A stretch of DNA of 64,000 nucleotides from Eledone cirrhosa (taxonomy: Eukaryota): the NCBI GenBank assembly GCA_964016885.1, contig OZ024749.1, forward strand, positions 6,200,001 to 6,264,000, in the 5' to 3' direction. A program made the translations under genes and the position numbers. Below are positions 41,601-54,365 of the stretch, in pieces (the first letter of the stretch is position 1; each line of letters opens with the position of its first letter). The notes beneath the pieces were generated by a model that did no database searches, had not been told where the DNA came from, and saw only the letters and a program-made list of their open reading frames with translations.

Positions 41601-44562
41601 CTAATGTCCACCACACCACCACTGATTCACTCCACCTAATGTCCACCACCACTGATTCACTCCACCTAATGTCCACCACCACTGATTCACTCCACCTAAT
41701 GTCCACCACACCACCACTGATCCACTCCACCTAATGTCCACCACCACTGATTCACTCCACCTAATGTCCACCACCACTGATTCACTCCACCTAATGTCCA
41801 CCACACCACCACTGATTCACTCCACCTAATGTCCACCACACCACCACTGATTCACTCCACCTAATGTCCACCACACCACCACTGATTCACTGCACCTAAT
41901 GTCCACCACCACTGATTCACTCCACCTAATGTCCACCACCACTGATTCACTCCACCTAATGTCCACCACCACTGATTCACTCCACCTAATGTCCACCACC
42001 ACTGATTCACTCCACCTAATGTCCACCACACCACCACTGATTCACTCCACCTAATGTCCACCACCACTGATTCACTCCACCTAATGTCCACCACACCACC
42101 ACTGATTCACTCCACCTAATGTCCACCACCACTGATTCACTCCACCTAATGTCCACCACCACTGATTCACTCCACCTAATGTCCACCACACCACCACAGA
42201 TTCACTCCACCTAATGTCCACCACACCACCACTGATCCACTCCACCTAATGTCCACCACACCACCACTGATTCACTGCACCTAATGTCCACCACACCACC
42301 ACTGATTCACTCCACCTAATGTCCACCACACCACCACAGATTCACTCCACCTAATGTCCACCACACCACCACAGATTCACTCCACCTAATGTCCACCACA
42401 CCACCACTGATCCACTCCACCTAATGTCCACCACACCACCACTGATTCACTCCACCTAATGTCCACCACACCACCACTGATCCACTCCACCTAATGTCCA
42501 CCACACCACCACTGATTCACTCCACCTAATGTCCACCACACCAACACTGATTCACTCCACCTAATGTCCACCACACCACCACTGACCCACTCCACCTAAT
42601 GTCCACCACACCACCACTGATTCACTCCACCTAATGTCCACCACACCAACACTGATTCACTCCACCTAATGTCCACCACACCACCACTGACCCACTCCAC
42701 CTAATGTCCACCACACCACCACTGATTCACTCCACCTAATGTCCACCACACCACCACTGACCCACTCCACCTAATGTCCACCACACCACCACTGATTCAC
42801 TCCACCTAATGTCCACCACACCACCACTGACTCACTCCACCTAATGTCCACCACCACTGATTCACTCCACCTAATGTCCACCACACCACCACTGATTCAC
42901 TCCACCTAATGTCCACCACACCACCACTGACCCACTCCACCTAATGTCCACCACACCACCACTGATTCACTCCACCTAATGTCCACCACACCACCACTGA
43001 TCCACTCCACCTAATGTCCACCACCACTGATTCACCCCACCTAATGTCCACCACACCACCACTGATTCACTCCACCTAATGTCCACCACCACTGATTCAC
43101 TCCACCTAATGTCCACCACCACTGATTCACTCCACCTAATGTCCACCACCACTGATTCACTCCACCTAATGTCCACCACACCACCACTGATTCACTCCAC
43201 CTAATGTCCACCACACCACCACTGATTCACTCCACCTAATGTCCACCACCACTGATTCACTCCACCTAATGTCCACCACCACTGATTCACTCCACCTAAT
43301 GTCCACCACCACTGATTCACTCCACCTAATGTCCACCACCACTGATTCACTCCACCTAATGTCCACCACCACTGATTCACTCCACCTAATGTCCACCACA
43401 CCACCACTGATTCACTCCACCTAATGTCCACCACACCACCACTGATCCACTCCAACTAATGTCCACCACCACTGATTCACCCCACCTAATGTCCACCACA
43501 CCACCACTGATTCACTCCACCTAATGTCCACCACCACTGATCCACTCCACCTAATGTCCACCACCACTGATTCACCCCACCTAATGTCCACCACACCACC
43601 ACTGATTCACTCCACCTAATGTCCACCACCACTGATTCACCCCACCTAATGTCCACCACACCACCACTGATTCACTCCACCTAATGTCCACCACCACTGA
43701 TTCACTCCACCTAATGTCCACCACCACTGATTCACTCCACCTAATGTCCACCACCACTGATTCACTCCACCTAATGTCCACCACACCACCACTGATTCAC
43801 TCCACCTAATGTCCACCACACCACCACTGATTCACTCCACCTAATGTCCACCACCACTGATTCACTCCACCTAATGTCCACCACCACTGATTCACTCCAC
43901 CTAATGTCCACCACCACTGATTCACTCCACCTAATGTCCACCACCACTGATTCACCCCACCTAATGTCCACCACACCACCACTGATTCACTCCACCTAAT
44001 GTCCACCACCACTGATTCACTCCACCTAATGTCCACCACCACTGATTCACTCCACCTAATGTCCACCACCACTGATTCACTGCACCTAATGTCCACCACC
44101 ACTGATTCACTGCACCTAATGCCCACCACCACTGATTCACTCCACCTAATGTCCACCACACCACCACTGATTCACTCCACCTAATGTCCACCACACCACC
44201 ACTGATTCACTCAACCTAATGTCCACCACACCACCACTGATTCACTCTACCTAATGTCCACCACACCACCACTGATTCACTCCACCTAATGTCCACCACA
44301 CCACCACTGATTAACACCACCTAATGTCCACCACACCACCACTGATTCACTCCACCTAATGTCCACCACACCACCACTGATTCACTCCACCTAATGTCCA
44401 CCACACCACCACTGATTCACTCCACCTAATGTCCACCACCACTGATTCACTCCACCTAATGTCCACCACCACTGATTCACTCCACCTAATGTCCACCACA
44501 CCACCACTGATTAACACCACCTAATGTCCACCACACCACCACTGATTCACTCTACCAAATGT
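29659..44562. repeat. 14.9-kb satellite of mixed 30-bp and 35-bp units, CCACCACTGATTCACTCCACCTAATGTCCA(CCACA)
   Basis: Continuous tandem array of roughly 440-450 units with recurring point variants. Confidence 0.99.
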
Positions 44563-44640
44563 TTTGACAGCAAAAACAAAATTAAAGATTCATCCCTTAC
44601 CCAGGGCTCTGCACATCATTTCCACTCACACAACACAAAA

Positions 44641-44862
44641 ATAATGGTTTCTTATATAGGCACAAGGCCAGCAATTTTGGGGGAGGAGAAAGTCGATTAA
44701 ATTGACTGCAGTGCATGACTGGTACTTTATTTAATCGACCCTGTAAGGATGAAAGGCAAAGTTAACCTCAGAGGGATTTGAGCTCAGATCATAAAGGGCC
44801 GTAACTCTATGCTGCAAAGCATGGTGTCCAACCCTCTACCGATACTGCCAATCCACCACCCT
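44641..44862 (-). mobile_element. SINE B (long variant)
   Basis: Reverse-strand family match. Confidence 0.82.
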
Positions 44863-45253
44863 TAATAATAACAATAATAATAATAACAATACAGTTCTGA
44901 AACATTTCTACCCAATCCCACCACTCCCACATATAAAATAAAACACAAAATACTGAGAGCTGATTTGACCCAATGGACATCAAAACACTGCCTTGAAGGG
45001 ACAATTGTCTCAGTCAGTGTACTGCCTTCACTCCATCAATGGTGACCCCACATCTCTGATTTGTGAAACCGACAGCTTTTTGGCTGTTATGTATTTTTAA
45101 AGATTTTTAAAACAATTTTTCCAACGATGTCTTAAATTGAATAAACACTGTTTTTTCCATTACTTCATTCACCTGTGGTTAATACAAATTATTTTTAAGT
45201 ATAGTCAACACTCGAGATTAAATTTTAGCTTGTGTCATTTTCCATAATTATTC

Positions 45254-45375
45254 TTTTACGGCCATATGACGCTGAAAACATCGGTTCTTGTCCGATCACC
45301 GAAGTTAAGCAAAGTCGAGCCTAGTTAGTACTTAGATGGGTGGCCGCTTGGGAACCCTAGGTGCCGTAAGCATTT
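45254..45375 (+). pseudogene. 5S rRNA retrocopy, essentially full length with several substitutions
   Basis: tacggccata..acgctgaaaaca.cggttct.gtccgatcaccgaagttaagca...gttagtactt.gatgggtg.ccgcttgggaa...gtgccgtaagcattt matches animal 5S; solitary copy. Confidence 0.92.
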
Positions 45376-45381
45376 ACTCAT

Positions 45382-45763
45382 GGAGGCACACGGCTTAGTG
45401 GCTTGCAATAGAAAGTTTGTGAGTTCAATTCTCAGACTGGGTAATGTGTTGTTTCCTTGAGCAAGACACTTTATTTCACATTGTTCCAGTTTACTCAGCT
45501 GTAGAAATGAGATGATAGGGACTGGGGTCCCTATCATCCCACTGCAAAGTGGTCGTGGAGGTGCCACGGCAAAAAAGCACCCAGCCCACCTATAAAGTGG
45601 ATGTGTAGGCGCCACGGAAAAAAAAGCACCCAGCACTCACTGTAAATGAGGTTGGTGTTAGGAAGGGCATTCAGCTGTAGAAATCAAGCCAGAATCAGTT
45701 CCCGTCCCACCCTTGCAAACAGGGAAAAGCGGACGTAAAAATGATGATGATGATGATGATGAT
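45382..45763 (+). mobile_element. SINE A fused behind a 5S rRNA copy
   Basis: Family match with a small head deletion; two internal units. Confidence 0.9.
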
Positions 45764-45929
45764 TCTTTTATGGCCTTCATCGGGCCTGCTATCCGTCATT
45801 AATACTCGATCTGGCCCGTGGAGGCAAAGACGCAAATGACCCCTGGTTTAAGTGATCAAACAAATTTCATATACCAAATAGATTGACATTGAAAATAATC
45901 TTTAAAATAATTCAGCCACAAACCAAACC

Positions 45930-46175
45930 ACTGCAGCACATATCGCAGACAAGAGGAGGAAGATAGCTAAATACAGGGACTTGACTGAATGCTCCCTATT
46001 TGTGTCAGTCACTATCAAGGCCTGTGGTCTCCTCATCCCTCAGTACTAGTACTCAGTACTAAAATTTTCTGCTACAAAATTGAGAGGAATGCATCCATCC
46101 TGAGGAAGGAGGCATGTGAGGTGAAGTGGCTGATGTAGTGTGTATCACTGGCTGTTCACCATGGCAATACTTTCA
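45930..46175 (+). mobile_element. Degenerate restriction-like endonuclease C-terminus of a CRE-like non-LTR element
   Basis: TAAHIADKRRKIAKYRDLTECSLFVSVTIKACG ... VKWLM*CVSLAVHHGN resembles the K..KY..L....F.P...ET.G ... ISLAV.RGNA motif. Confidence 0.6.
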
Positions 46176-46439
46176 CCAACTTCTCAGTGGGTCATAGCTC
46201 AGCTATACGTCTGGATTACAGCATAGAGCCTGTCACTCTTTCCCCTTACTTCCACCATTTAAGTTTTTCTTCTCCCTATTTTTCCAGATGTAAACATTAT
46301 ATCATCCATTTACGTTAAGGTTCAGTAAAACAACAAACAAAAGTAAATTGAATTTGTTGGCAATGTTGTGATTCAGCCAAAATACAGTGAATACTAGGGA
46401 TGGTAATTATTACATCTACTAGATGATCCATACTATCAA

Positions 46440-47120
46440 TAATGGTTTCTGATTGAGGAACAAGACCAATAATTTGAGGGAGGGGAAGTCAATTTGAGGG
46501 AAGGATAAGTCAATTTGAGGGAGGGGAAGTCAATTTAATTGACCCCAGTATGCTACTGGTACTTTATTTTATCGACCCCGTAAGGATGGAAAGTAAAGCT
46601 AACCTCAGCGGGATTTGAACTCAGAATTCAAAGGGACATAACTATATACCACAAAGCTCTACCAATACTGCCAATCCACCACCCTATATGACAGTGGTGT
46701 CGTTGAACATATTTAGGTTAGATGTGTCAATAAAATAAAGTACCAGTAATTCACTGGGATCAATTTAATCAATTTTCCTCTCCACCAAAATTGTTGGCCA
46801 TGCACCTTAATTAGAAATCATTATTGGGCGCCGAAGTTAACTTTGCCTTTCATCCTTACGGGGTCGATAAAATAAAGTACCAGTAATGTACTGGGTTTTT
46901 CTGGCCTTGTGCCAAAAGTAGAAACAATTATTGGATTGGCAGTATCGGTAGAGGGTCGCACACCATGCTTTGCAGCATATAGTTACGGCCCTTTATGGTC
47001 TGAGTTCAAATCCCGCCAAGTTAACTTTGCCTTTCATCCTTACGGGGTCGATAAAATAAAGCTCCAGTAATACACTGGGGGTAATTGCTGGCCTTGTGCC
47101 AAAAAGTAGAAACAATTATT
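46440..47120. mobile_element. Cluster of four full or partial SINE B copies in both orientations
   Basis: 46440-46685 (-), 46728-46825 (+), 46835-46932 (+), 46933-47120 (+). Confidence 0.8.
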
Positions 47121-47902
47121 AGGGTTAATTAATAAAGTGAAGCTTGATGAAAGTTGAACTCAGAACTGAAAGAGATTGAAGAAATAACAAAAGGAATGTT
47201 ACTCAATTCTCCAATAATCTCACCAGTTCGTAGCCTGAGACAGATGGAAGGGATCAACTTTGGAAGGGGTAAGTGGCAAAGTTGAAGTTGACCTTGACAA
47301 GATTTGAACCTGGAATGTAAAGAAGCAAAACCAATGCTCAAGTAGCTGGTCAAATAAATAGACTCAAGAACTGACTGTCTGGCAATTTAGTTAAGATGTT
47401 TCAAAAGTGATGTTGATTATATTCCTTTTTCTCCACCAATTAACAACCAATTGTATCAATAATATGGATGGTATTGATAGTATACACCCTGATACAAAGA
47501 ACTGTGAAGTGTGGGGAGGGGGGAGAGCGTGGAGGGGGAAAGGGAGGAGGAGGAAGGAGAAAGGAAATGAGACTGGTGAATGGAAATAAGTAAGCAACCA
47601 TATTTCAGTATATCTTTATTGATTATTGGAAATTGCTACGTTTGCTGTCTTCAGACATCAAACTCCTTCAGGTACCCTCATTGACACGTTCAATAGTATT
47701 GATTTCTTTCATTGAAGAAAAAAAAAAGAAGAAAAAAAAGAAGAAAAAAAAGAAAAAAAAAGAAAGAAAATAAGAAATCAAATTTTTCTTGTTTAGCCTC
47801 ACGTCAGCTTTGATTGAGAAGACATAATCAAAAGCATTATTCCAAGCATGACCTTCCTGACTCATTATGCACACATATAAATTGTTGGTATTATAAAGAC
47901 AA

Positions 47903-48093
47903 TGGTGGATTGGTAGTATCGGTAGAAGGTCGGACGCCATGCTTTGCAGCATAGAGTAACGGCCCTTTGTGGTCTGAGTTCAAATCCCACCAAGGTTAAC
48001 TTTGCCGTTCATCCTTACGGGGGTCGATAAAATAAAGTACCAGTAATGCACTGGGGGTAATTGCTGGCCTTGTGCCAAAAGTAGAAACAATTA
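47903..48093 (+). mobile_element. SINE B
   Basis: Family match. Confidence 0.82.
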
Positions 48094-49043
48094 TGAAGAG
48101 AATATGGCTATAGAAACCATACCAAATACTAGGGTATATGTCAATGTAATGTGGTTCTTGGCCCATTGAAGAGTTCAATTCTCATACAGGATAGAGGTGC
48201 AGTGTGTCCTTGAGCAAGACACTTTATTTCATGGTGACCCAGTACACCCACCTAAAGAAATGAATTGCAACATTACTGGTGCCAAGGTGAATCAAGTCTT
48301 TGCCTTCCTTCTTGCACAGCATCAGTGGTATAAAGAAGGGTTGAAAGGCAGGGCTTGGCAACTGCTGGTCTGGTCTTCCACACAAAACACCTTAGCCAGG
48401 CTTGTGCATGAGGGGGAGTGGGGGAGCATTTTTAGGTGTAAAACCCATGGTCATTCATGACCAAAGGAGGTATTTACCATTTATTTTATTTACATTCATA
48501 TATAGCTGCAGCTGCAGCTGCATAAAAAGGTTCAGAGCACGAGAAGTGGATGGAAGCTGCAGGATGGGGAGACCCAAGAAGACCTGGAAAGAGGTGATAA
48601 AGGCCGACCTTACCCAATTACACATCTCAAGCAAGAGCAATGACACATGACCGTAATCTCTGGCGTCCCGCAGTAATACAGAAGACCCGACCCCCCCCCC
48701 CCCCCACACACACACAGGAACAAGCCGAAGCTGAAGCATATAGACAATATGCCCCCACACCCTCCCACTGCAAAGTGGTCGTGGAGGTGCCACGGCAAAA
48801 AAGCACCCAGCACTAACTGTAAAGTGGACATGGAGGTGCCACGGCAAAAAAGCACCCAGCACTCACTGTAAATGAGGCTGGTGTTAGGAAGGGCATCCAG
48901 CTGTAGAAATCAAGCCAGTGTCAGTTCCTGTAATTGCAAGACAAGGTCAGCCGACTGGACACTGCTCACAACAGAACAACCTGTCTAACCCATGCTAGCG
49001 TGGAAGAACGGATGTAAAACGATGATGATGATGATGATGATGA

Positions 49044-49880
49044 TATTGGGTTGGCAAGAAATTTCGGATTTTTAGTGTGAAATAAATGTCAGTTTTGTTC
49101 ATACAAAGAATCAACTTTAACCAATTATATATTTTCCATTTTGTTCGATGACCTTTTGCCATCTTTCTGGCAACTTCATGATCCCACGCTCATAGAACTT
49201 CTGGCCCTTATCAGCCAAAAACTGAAGCAAGTGCGATTTCAGGTCATCATCATTAGTGAAAGTTTTACCATTCAAAGAATTTTGCAAACATCTAAATAAA
49301 TGGTAATCTGATGATGCCAGGTCAGAGCTATATGGTGGATGTGACATCACTTCCCAACCAAGCTTCAATAAGTTTTCATGAGTTAGCAAAGACGTGTGGA
49401 GGCACATGGCTTAGTGGATAGAGCATTGGCCTTGCAATCGAAAGGTTGTGAGTTCAATTCTCAGACCGGGTGATGTGTTGTTTCCTTGAGCAAGACACTT
49501 TATTTCACATTGCTCCAGTTTACTCAGCTGTAGAAATGAGATGATAGGGCCTGGGGTCCATATCATTCCACTGCAAAGTGGTCGTGGAGGTGCCACGGCA
49601 AAAAAGCACCAAGCCCACACTGTAAAGTGGACATGTAGGTGCCACGGCAAAAAAGCACCCAGCACTCACTGTGAAGTGGTCATGGAGGTGCCATATCAAA
49701 AACGCATCCAGCACTCACTGTAAATGAGGTTGGTGTTAGGAAGGGCATCCAGCTGTAGAAATCAAGCCAGAATCAGTTCCCGTCCGACCCTTGCAAACAG
49801 GGAAAAGCGGACGTATAATGATGATGATATGTGTGGTCTAGTGTTGTCATGGTGAACATGATTCCTTTACAATTTACCAA
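49044..49880 (-). mobile_element. Mariner (DD34D) transposon 3' fragment with TIR, split by SINE A
   Basis: HDNTRPH|TSLLT...GWEVMSHPPYSSDLASSDYHLF...FYERGIMKLPERWQKVIEQNGKYI; terminal TA-ttgggttggcaagaaa. Confidence 0.92.
49398..49828 (+). mobile_element. SINE A (four internal units) nested in a mariner transposase
   Basis: Flanked by a(c/t)gtgtgg TSD; the transposase frame continues on both sides. Confidence 0.9.
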
Positions 49881-50749
49881 TATATAAAACACGGAGACGA
49901 TAAGGATTTCAAGTAGATCAATGATGAGAAGGACTGAATTTTCCACTGGCTTCGCCTTGACTAGACACACACACATGTACAGGCACACACACACACATGT
50001 ACATACACACACACACGTGTACATGCAACCACACACGCATATACATACACACACACACACATATGTACAGACACACACACACATGTTCAGACCCACACAC
50101 ACATGTACACACACACACACCGAGACACACACACAAACATACACACACGCGCACAGACACACACACACATACACATATGTACATACACACACACAGACAT
50201 ACACATACACACAGACACACATGCACAGACACACACACACGCAGACACACACACACATATACACACACACATACATACACACATGTACATACACATACAC
50301 ATAGAAACATACATACACACACACAAACAAACACACATGCACATGCACAGCCACACACACACATACACACGCACACACACGCAGATACACACACACAGAC
50401 ACGCACATATACACACACATGCACACACAGACACACACAAATGCACAGACATACACACACACAGACACACACACAAATGCATATGCACACTCAGACACAC
50501 ACGCACACGTACACACACACACGCACAGACACACAAATGCACATATATATATATATATATGTAGGAGGTGAGTTTTATTGTAGTACAATAAAGCAATGCA
50601 GATATCGGATAAGAAGCACTCTACAGTTTGTAGGACTGGAGTATTCATAATATATAAGATCAAAAGATGGTTAAAAGAGTTCCATGTATTTTATTATGCG
50701 CATTTCAAAAACAAATATCATCATGCAATAATATTTGTGTTTTCATCAG

Positions 50750-52430
50750 ATATCCTAAAGGAACTTAGGAAAAAATATCGTAAAACCAACCATGATAATT
50801 TAGAATCCATAAACTTTGAAGCTCCTGAGATTATGTCAAAACTTGGCATCGGAAAAAAGACCGAACCATTCCTCCCAAGAACTCCGAGGATAAATCTCAA
50901 GGATCACAAAAACAATTTTCGTACTGAACTACCTGTTAGATTAATCGCCCCCTCTAAATCAGATCTGGGCGTTGTTAGTAAAGCCATCTTGGATAGAATT
51001 ATCCCACAGGTTCGTTCTAATTGTTCTTCTTTGAACTTAAATTTATGGTTTGGTACTTCTGAAGTGATTGGCTGGTTCAACAAATTGAATAATAAAAACA
51101 AACTAAAATTTGTTCAATTTGATATTGCCAGCTACTATTCTTCTATTTCGCCTTCACTTCTCAACAATGCTCTATCTTTCGCACTTACATATTCTGACAT
51201 CACCACAGATGAACTTCACATCATTCTCACCGCACGTAAAACCATCCTAGAATTCAACAATGAATATTGGACCAGAGCTGATACCTCTAACAACTAAACA
51301 TCACAATGGGAGCATCCGATTCATCCCAATTGACATATTTAATTGGTATCTTTATTTTGAACTCTTTGATTCGGAAAATTCCTCAACTTCGCGGTGAAAT
51401 TTATCGTGACAATGGACTCTTTACTATCTTAAATTGCAACTTAGTTAACCTTAATATTATTAAGAACAATATACGTAATCTCTTTAACCAACATAACTTA
51501 AAAATTGAATTTGATAACAGCATCAAACTAGCTAATTTCTTGGATGTATCTCTTAATCTTGACACTGGCCTACATGAGGGAGGGAAGCATTTATTTAAGG
51601 CACTAAAGAATAATATTCCTAAATTATTCTTTAGTGCCTTAAATAAATGATTCCCTCCCTCACATATCTATAGTAAAATATTTAACAAACACACTATAAA
51701 CTTTTCCTATTCGACATCCTCCAACATTTCCAACATTATCTCTAAACACAACAATAAAATACTAAATACTAAATCTCTTCCTTCCAACACTGAATATCAT
51801 AATAATAGTAATAGTACTCCCGACGTCATTGTAAACCCTAGGCTAACTTCTGCAAACCCAAATACAACGTCAAACACAACTTCGGTAAATGTTCTTAATC
51901 CCATTCTAAATCAAGAAACTATTATTCCTATCGCAAATAACTTCTCCAATCCAATTCCTTCTATAGATAACACTAGGTCACTCGTTAATAATCTCTCTAA
52001 TCGCAATTGCCCTGTTAAAAATAAATGTCCTCTCAACAACCATTGTCTTGATAAAAACTTAATCTACGAATGTAAAGTTATAACTGACACCAATTCCTTC
52101 ACCTATTTTGGCTCCACTTCAACCTCCTTTAAAGCTCGTCTTTATAATCATCATTCGTCTTTTAAATACCAACTTAAAAGAACCAACACGGCTCTCTCAG
52201 AACTCATATGGTCCTTGAAAGACAAAAATATTAAATATAACATCTCTTGGAAAAAGGTTTGTTCTGCTTCTTCACCCTTGAACAGTTCTCTATCCAAGAC
52301 TTGCAATCTCTGTCTAAATGAAAAATTTACCATTATATCTAATTTAGATTCTATAATAAATAGACGCACTGACTTGTTTTCTCTCTGCTTGCATAAATTC
52401 CACAGAACATTCCACAAAGTATACAGCTAA
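50750..52430 (+). pseudogene. PLE RT/GIY-YIG ORF (5'-truncated, stop plus frameshift near 51295, in-frame TGA at 51648, deletion in thumb)
   Basis: Track ORFs 50596-51297, 51306-51650 and 52215-52430. The last two are in one frame, interrupted only by TGA 51648-51650. Confidence 0.85.
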
Positions 52431-52865
52431 TATCCAATACTTTATCAATTTAGAATCCTTTTCTCAAAGGCACATATATAGATATATATACTTCTTTAAA
52501 AATATACCCATCTTTCTACCTTATTTCAAAGTTATTTATTATACATTATATAATACTTGTTACTCATTCTATATCACTCCTATTTATCACTTCCCTTTCT
52601 TCCTTTTCCTTTTCTCTTCTTTTTCTTTTAATTTCTAACCCCTAATCTGTACCTTTTCTCACTGTGCCTAACATAGAAACAATTATTACACAATACAATA
52701 TATTCTTACCTTATATCACCTTAAAAAAATTCTTCGTAAACATAAACACATTTTTTTGACGTTAGATTATTCATCCTCAATTCATTATTTTTTTCTCCCT
52801 TTCATCTAACTTATTCATGCTCATCTCACAATATATCCTTACTTACATTACTTTTGTTTTTTTTA

Positions 52866-53040
52866 ATAATACATATCAACATTTTCTTTCCATCGCACAT
52901 ATTATTAAACCCTTCAATATTATTCTTAATACATATTAACATTTTCTTTCCATCGCACATATTATTAAACCCTTAAATATTATTCTTAATACATATTAAC
53001 ATTTTCTTTTCATCGCACATATTATTAAACCCTTCAATAT
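52866..53040. repeat. 60-bp tandem repeat, 3 copies, within the PLE 3' region
   Basis: taatacatattaacattttctttccatcgcacatattattaaacccttcaatat... at 60-bp period. Confidence 0.92.
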
Positions 53041-53397
53041 ACAAACCTTAACTTTACATTATTATTTTTCTCTTCGTTAATTTTCAAATTCTTTTAATTT
53101 ATACATTATCTTCCAACGGTTTTTCAACCTCTCTATGTAAAACAATAAATTTTTCTCAGTTATAAAAGCTATCTCTCTCTCTCTATCACCCATCTCTCCT
53201 CCTATCTCATCCTTCCTCATTACACTCCTCCCCCTCCACCTTTTACTCTCATCGCCTCCTCTTTTTCATCCTTTCCAACCTCCCCCCTAAAAACAAATTT
53301 TTCACAATATAACACATCAATCTAAAACTACTTTTCATATGTTGATTCAAAACTGCACTATTCACAAGTGTTTTTTAACCTTCATATCTTGTCTTCC

Positions 53398-53468
53398 TAT
53401 TTTATCTGATGAAAACACAAATATTATTGCATGATGATATTTGTTTTTGAAATGCGCATAATAAAATA
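53398..53468 (+). ncRNA. Type I minimal hammerhead ribozyme in the PLE pLTR
   Basis: tattttat-CTGATGA-helix II (acaaatatta/tgatatttgt)-GAAA-tgcgca-TA-ataaaata. 8-bp helix I and palindromic helix III, typical of dimeric PLE HHRs. Inverted partial copy at 50687-50752. Confidence 0.85.
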
Positions 53469-53497
53469 CATGGAACTCTTTTAACTATTTTTGATCT

Positions 53498-53552
<55 letters not shown>

Positions 53553-53556
<4 letters not shown>

Positions 53557-53721
53557 GTAAGTTACCAGTTGGACCATAACGTACTCGATACTGGGTAGTA
53601 GAGTGGGTAATAGGATAAGAGTCAGTACCCCGACGGGTGAGCTCCGGCCATTTCGATAACTAGGTCTGAACGTTCAGAGCTAGCTGTCAAAACGGCCAGA
53701 GCTCACCTGACTCGTTTCCTA
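53553..53721 (-). mobile_element. Fold-back insert, half-hammerhead family
   Basis: Same tail as the 19.7-kb and 54.2-kb copies; palindrome centred on ctgaacgttcag. Confidence 0.78.
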
Positions 53722-53737
53722 TATTTATATATATATA

Positions 53738-54069
53738 TCATCATCATCATCATTTTACGTCCGCTTTTCCCTGCTTGCAAGGGTTGGACGACAACTGATT
53801 CTGGCTTGATTTCTACAGCTGGATGCCCTTCCTAACACCAACCTCATTTACAGTCAGTGCTGGGTGCTTTTTTTTCCGTGGCACCTCCACGACAACTTTG
53901 CAGTGGAATGATATGGACCCCAGTCCCTATCATCTCATTTCTACAGCTGAGTAAACTGGAGCAATGTGAAATAAAGTGTCTTGCTCAAGGAAACAACACA
54001 TCACCCAGTCTGAGAATTGAACTCACAACCTTTCGATTGCAAGGCCAATGCACTAAGCCATGTGCCTCC
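53738..54069 (-). mobile_element. SINE A
   Basis: Family consensus match, reverse strand. Confidence 0.92.
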
Positions 54070-54108
54070 ATACCTAGTTTCCTTCTATCCACTGTGTATA
54101 TATATATA

Positions 54109-54308
54109 ACAAAGGAATTGTGGTAAGGAACCAGATGGACCATAACGCACCAGATTACTCAATATTTAGGGTAGTAGAGTGGGTAATAGGAAAAGGTATG
54201 ACCCCGACGGCAGAGCTCAAGCCGTTTTGATGGCTATTTCTGGACTAGAAATAGTCCAGAAATAGCCGTCGAAACGGCTTGAGCTCTGCCGTCGGGGTCA
54301 TACCTTTT

Positions 54309-54313
<5 letters not shown>
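54109..54313 (-). mobile_element. Fold-back insert, half-hammerhead family (best-preserved copy)
   Basis: 62-bp arms 54186-54247 and 54252-54313 with a GAAA loop; contains GAAA-cggc ttgagctct gccg-TC-gggg. Confidence 0.85.

Positions 54314-54365
<52 letters not shown>

Larger units (their letters stand above)
50561..53508 (+). mobile_element. Penelope-like retroelement (RT plus C-terminal GIY-YIG) with inverted pLTR arrangement, decayed
   Basis: LKDHKNNF..RLIAPSKS, FVQFDIASYYSSI, ITMGASD, IYRDNGL, NFLDVSLNL; then CPLNNHC..LIYEC...YFGST..FKARLYNH..SF...CNLCLNEK. 50647-50752 is the reverse complement of 53403-53508. Both ends abut (TA)n. Confidence 0.92.

Noticed and set aside
29659-44562. CRISPR-like array or repetitive protein gene (MVDIRWSESVVV / STTTDSLHLM ORFs)
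   Set aside because: There are no unique spacers or cas genes. The 35-bp units shift frame and introduce stops, so it is a satellite.
45254-45375. Functional 5S rRNA gene
   Set aside because: Solitary copy, altered 5' end and stems, fused to a SINE inside a TSD.
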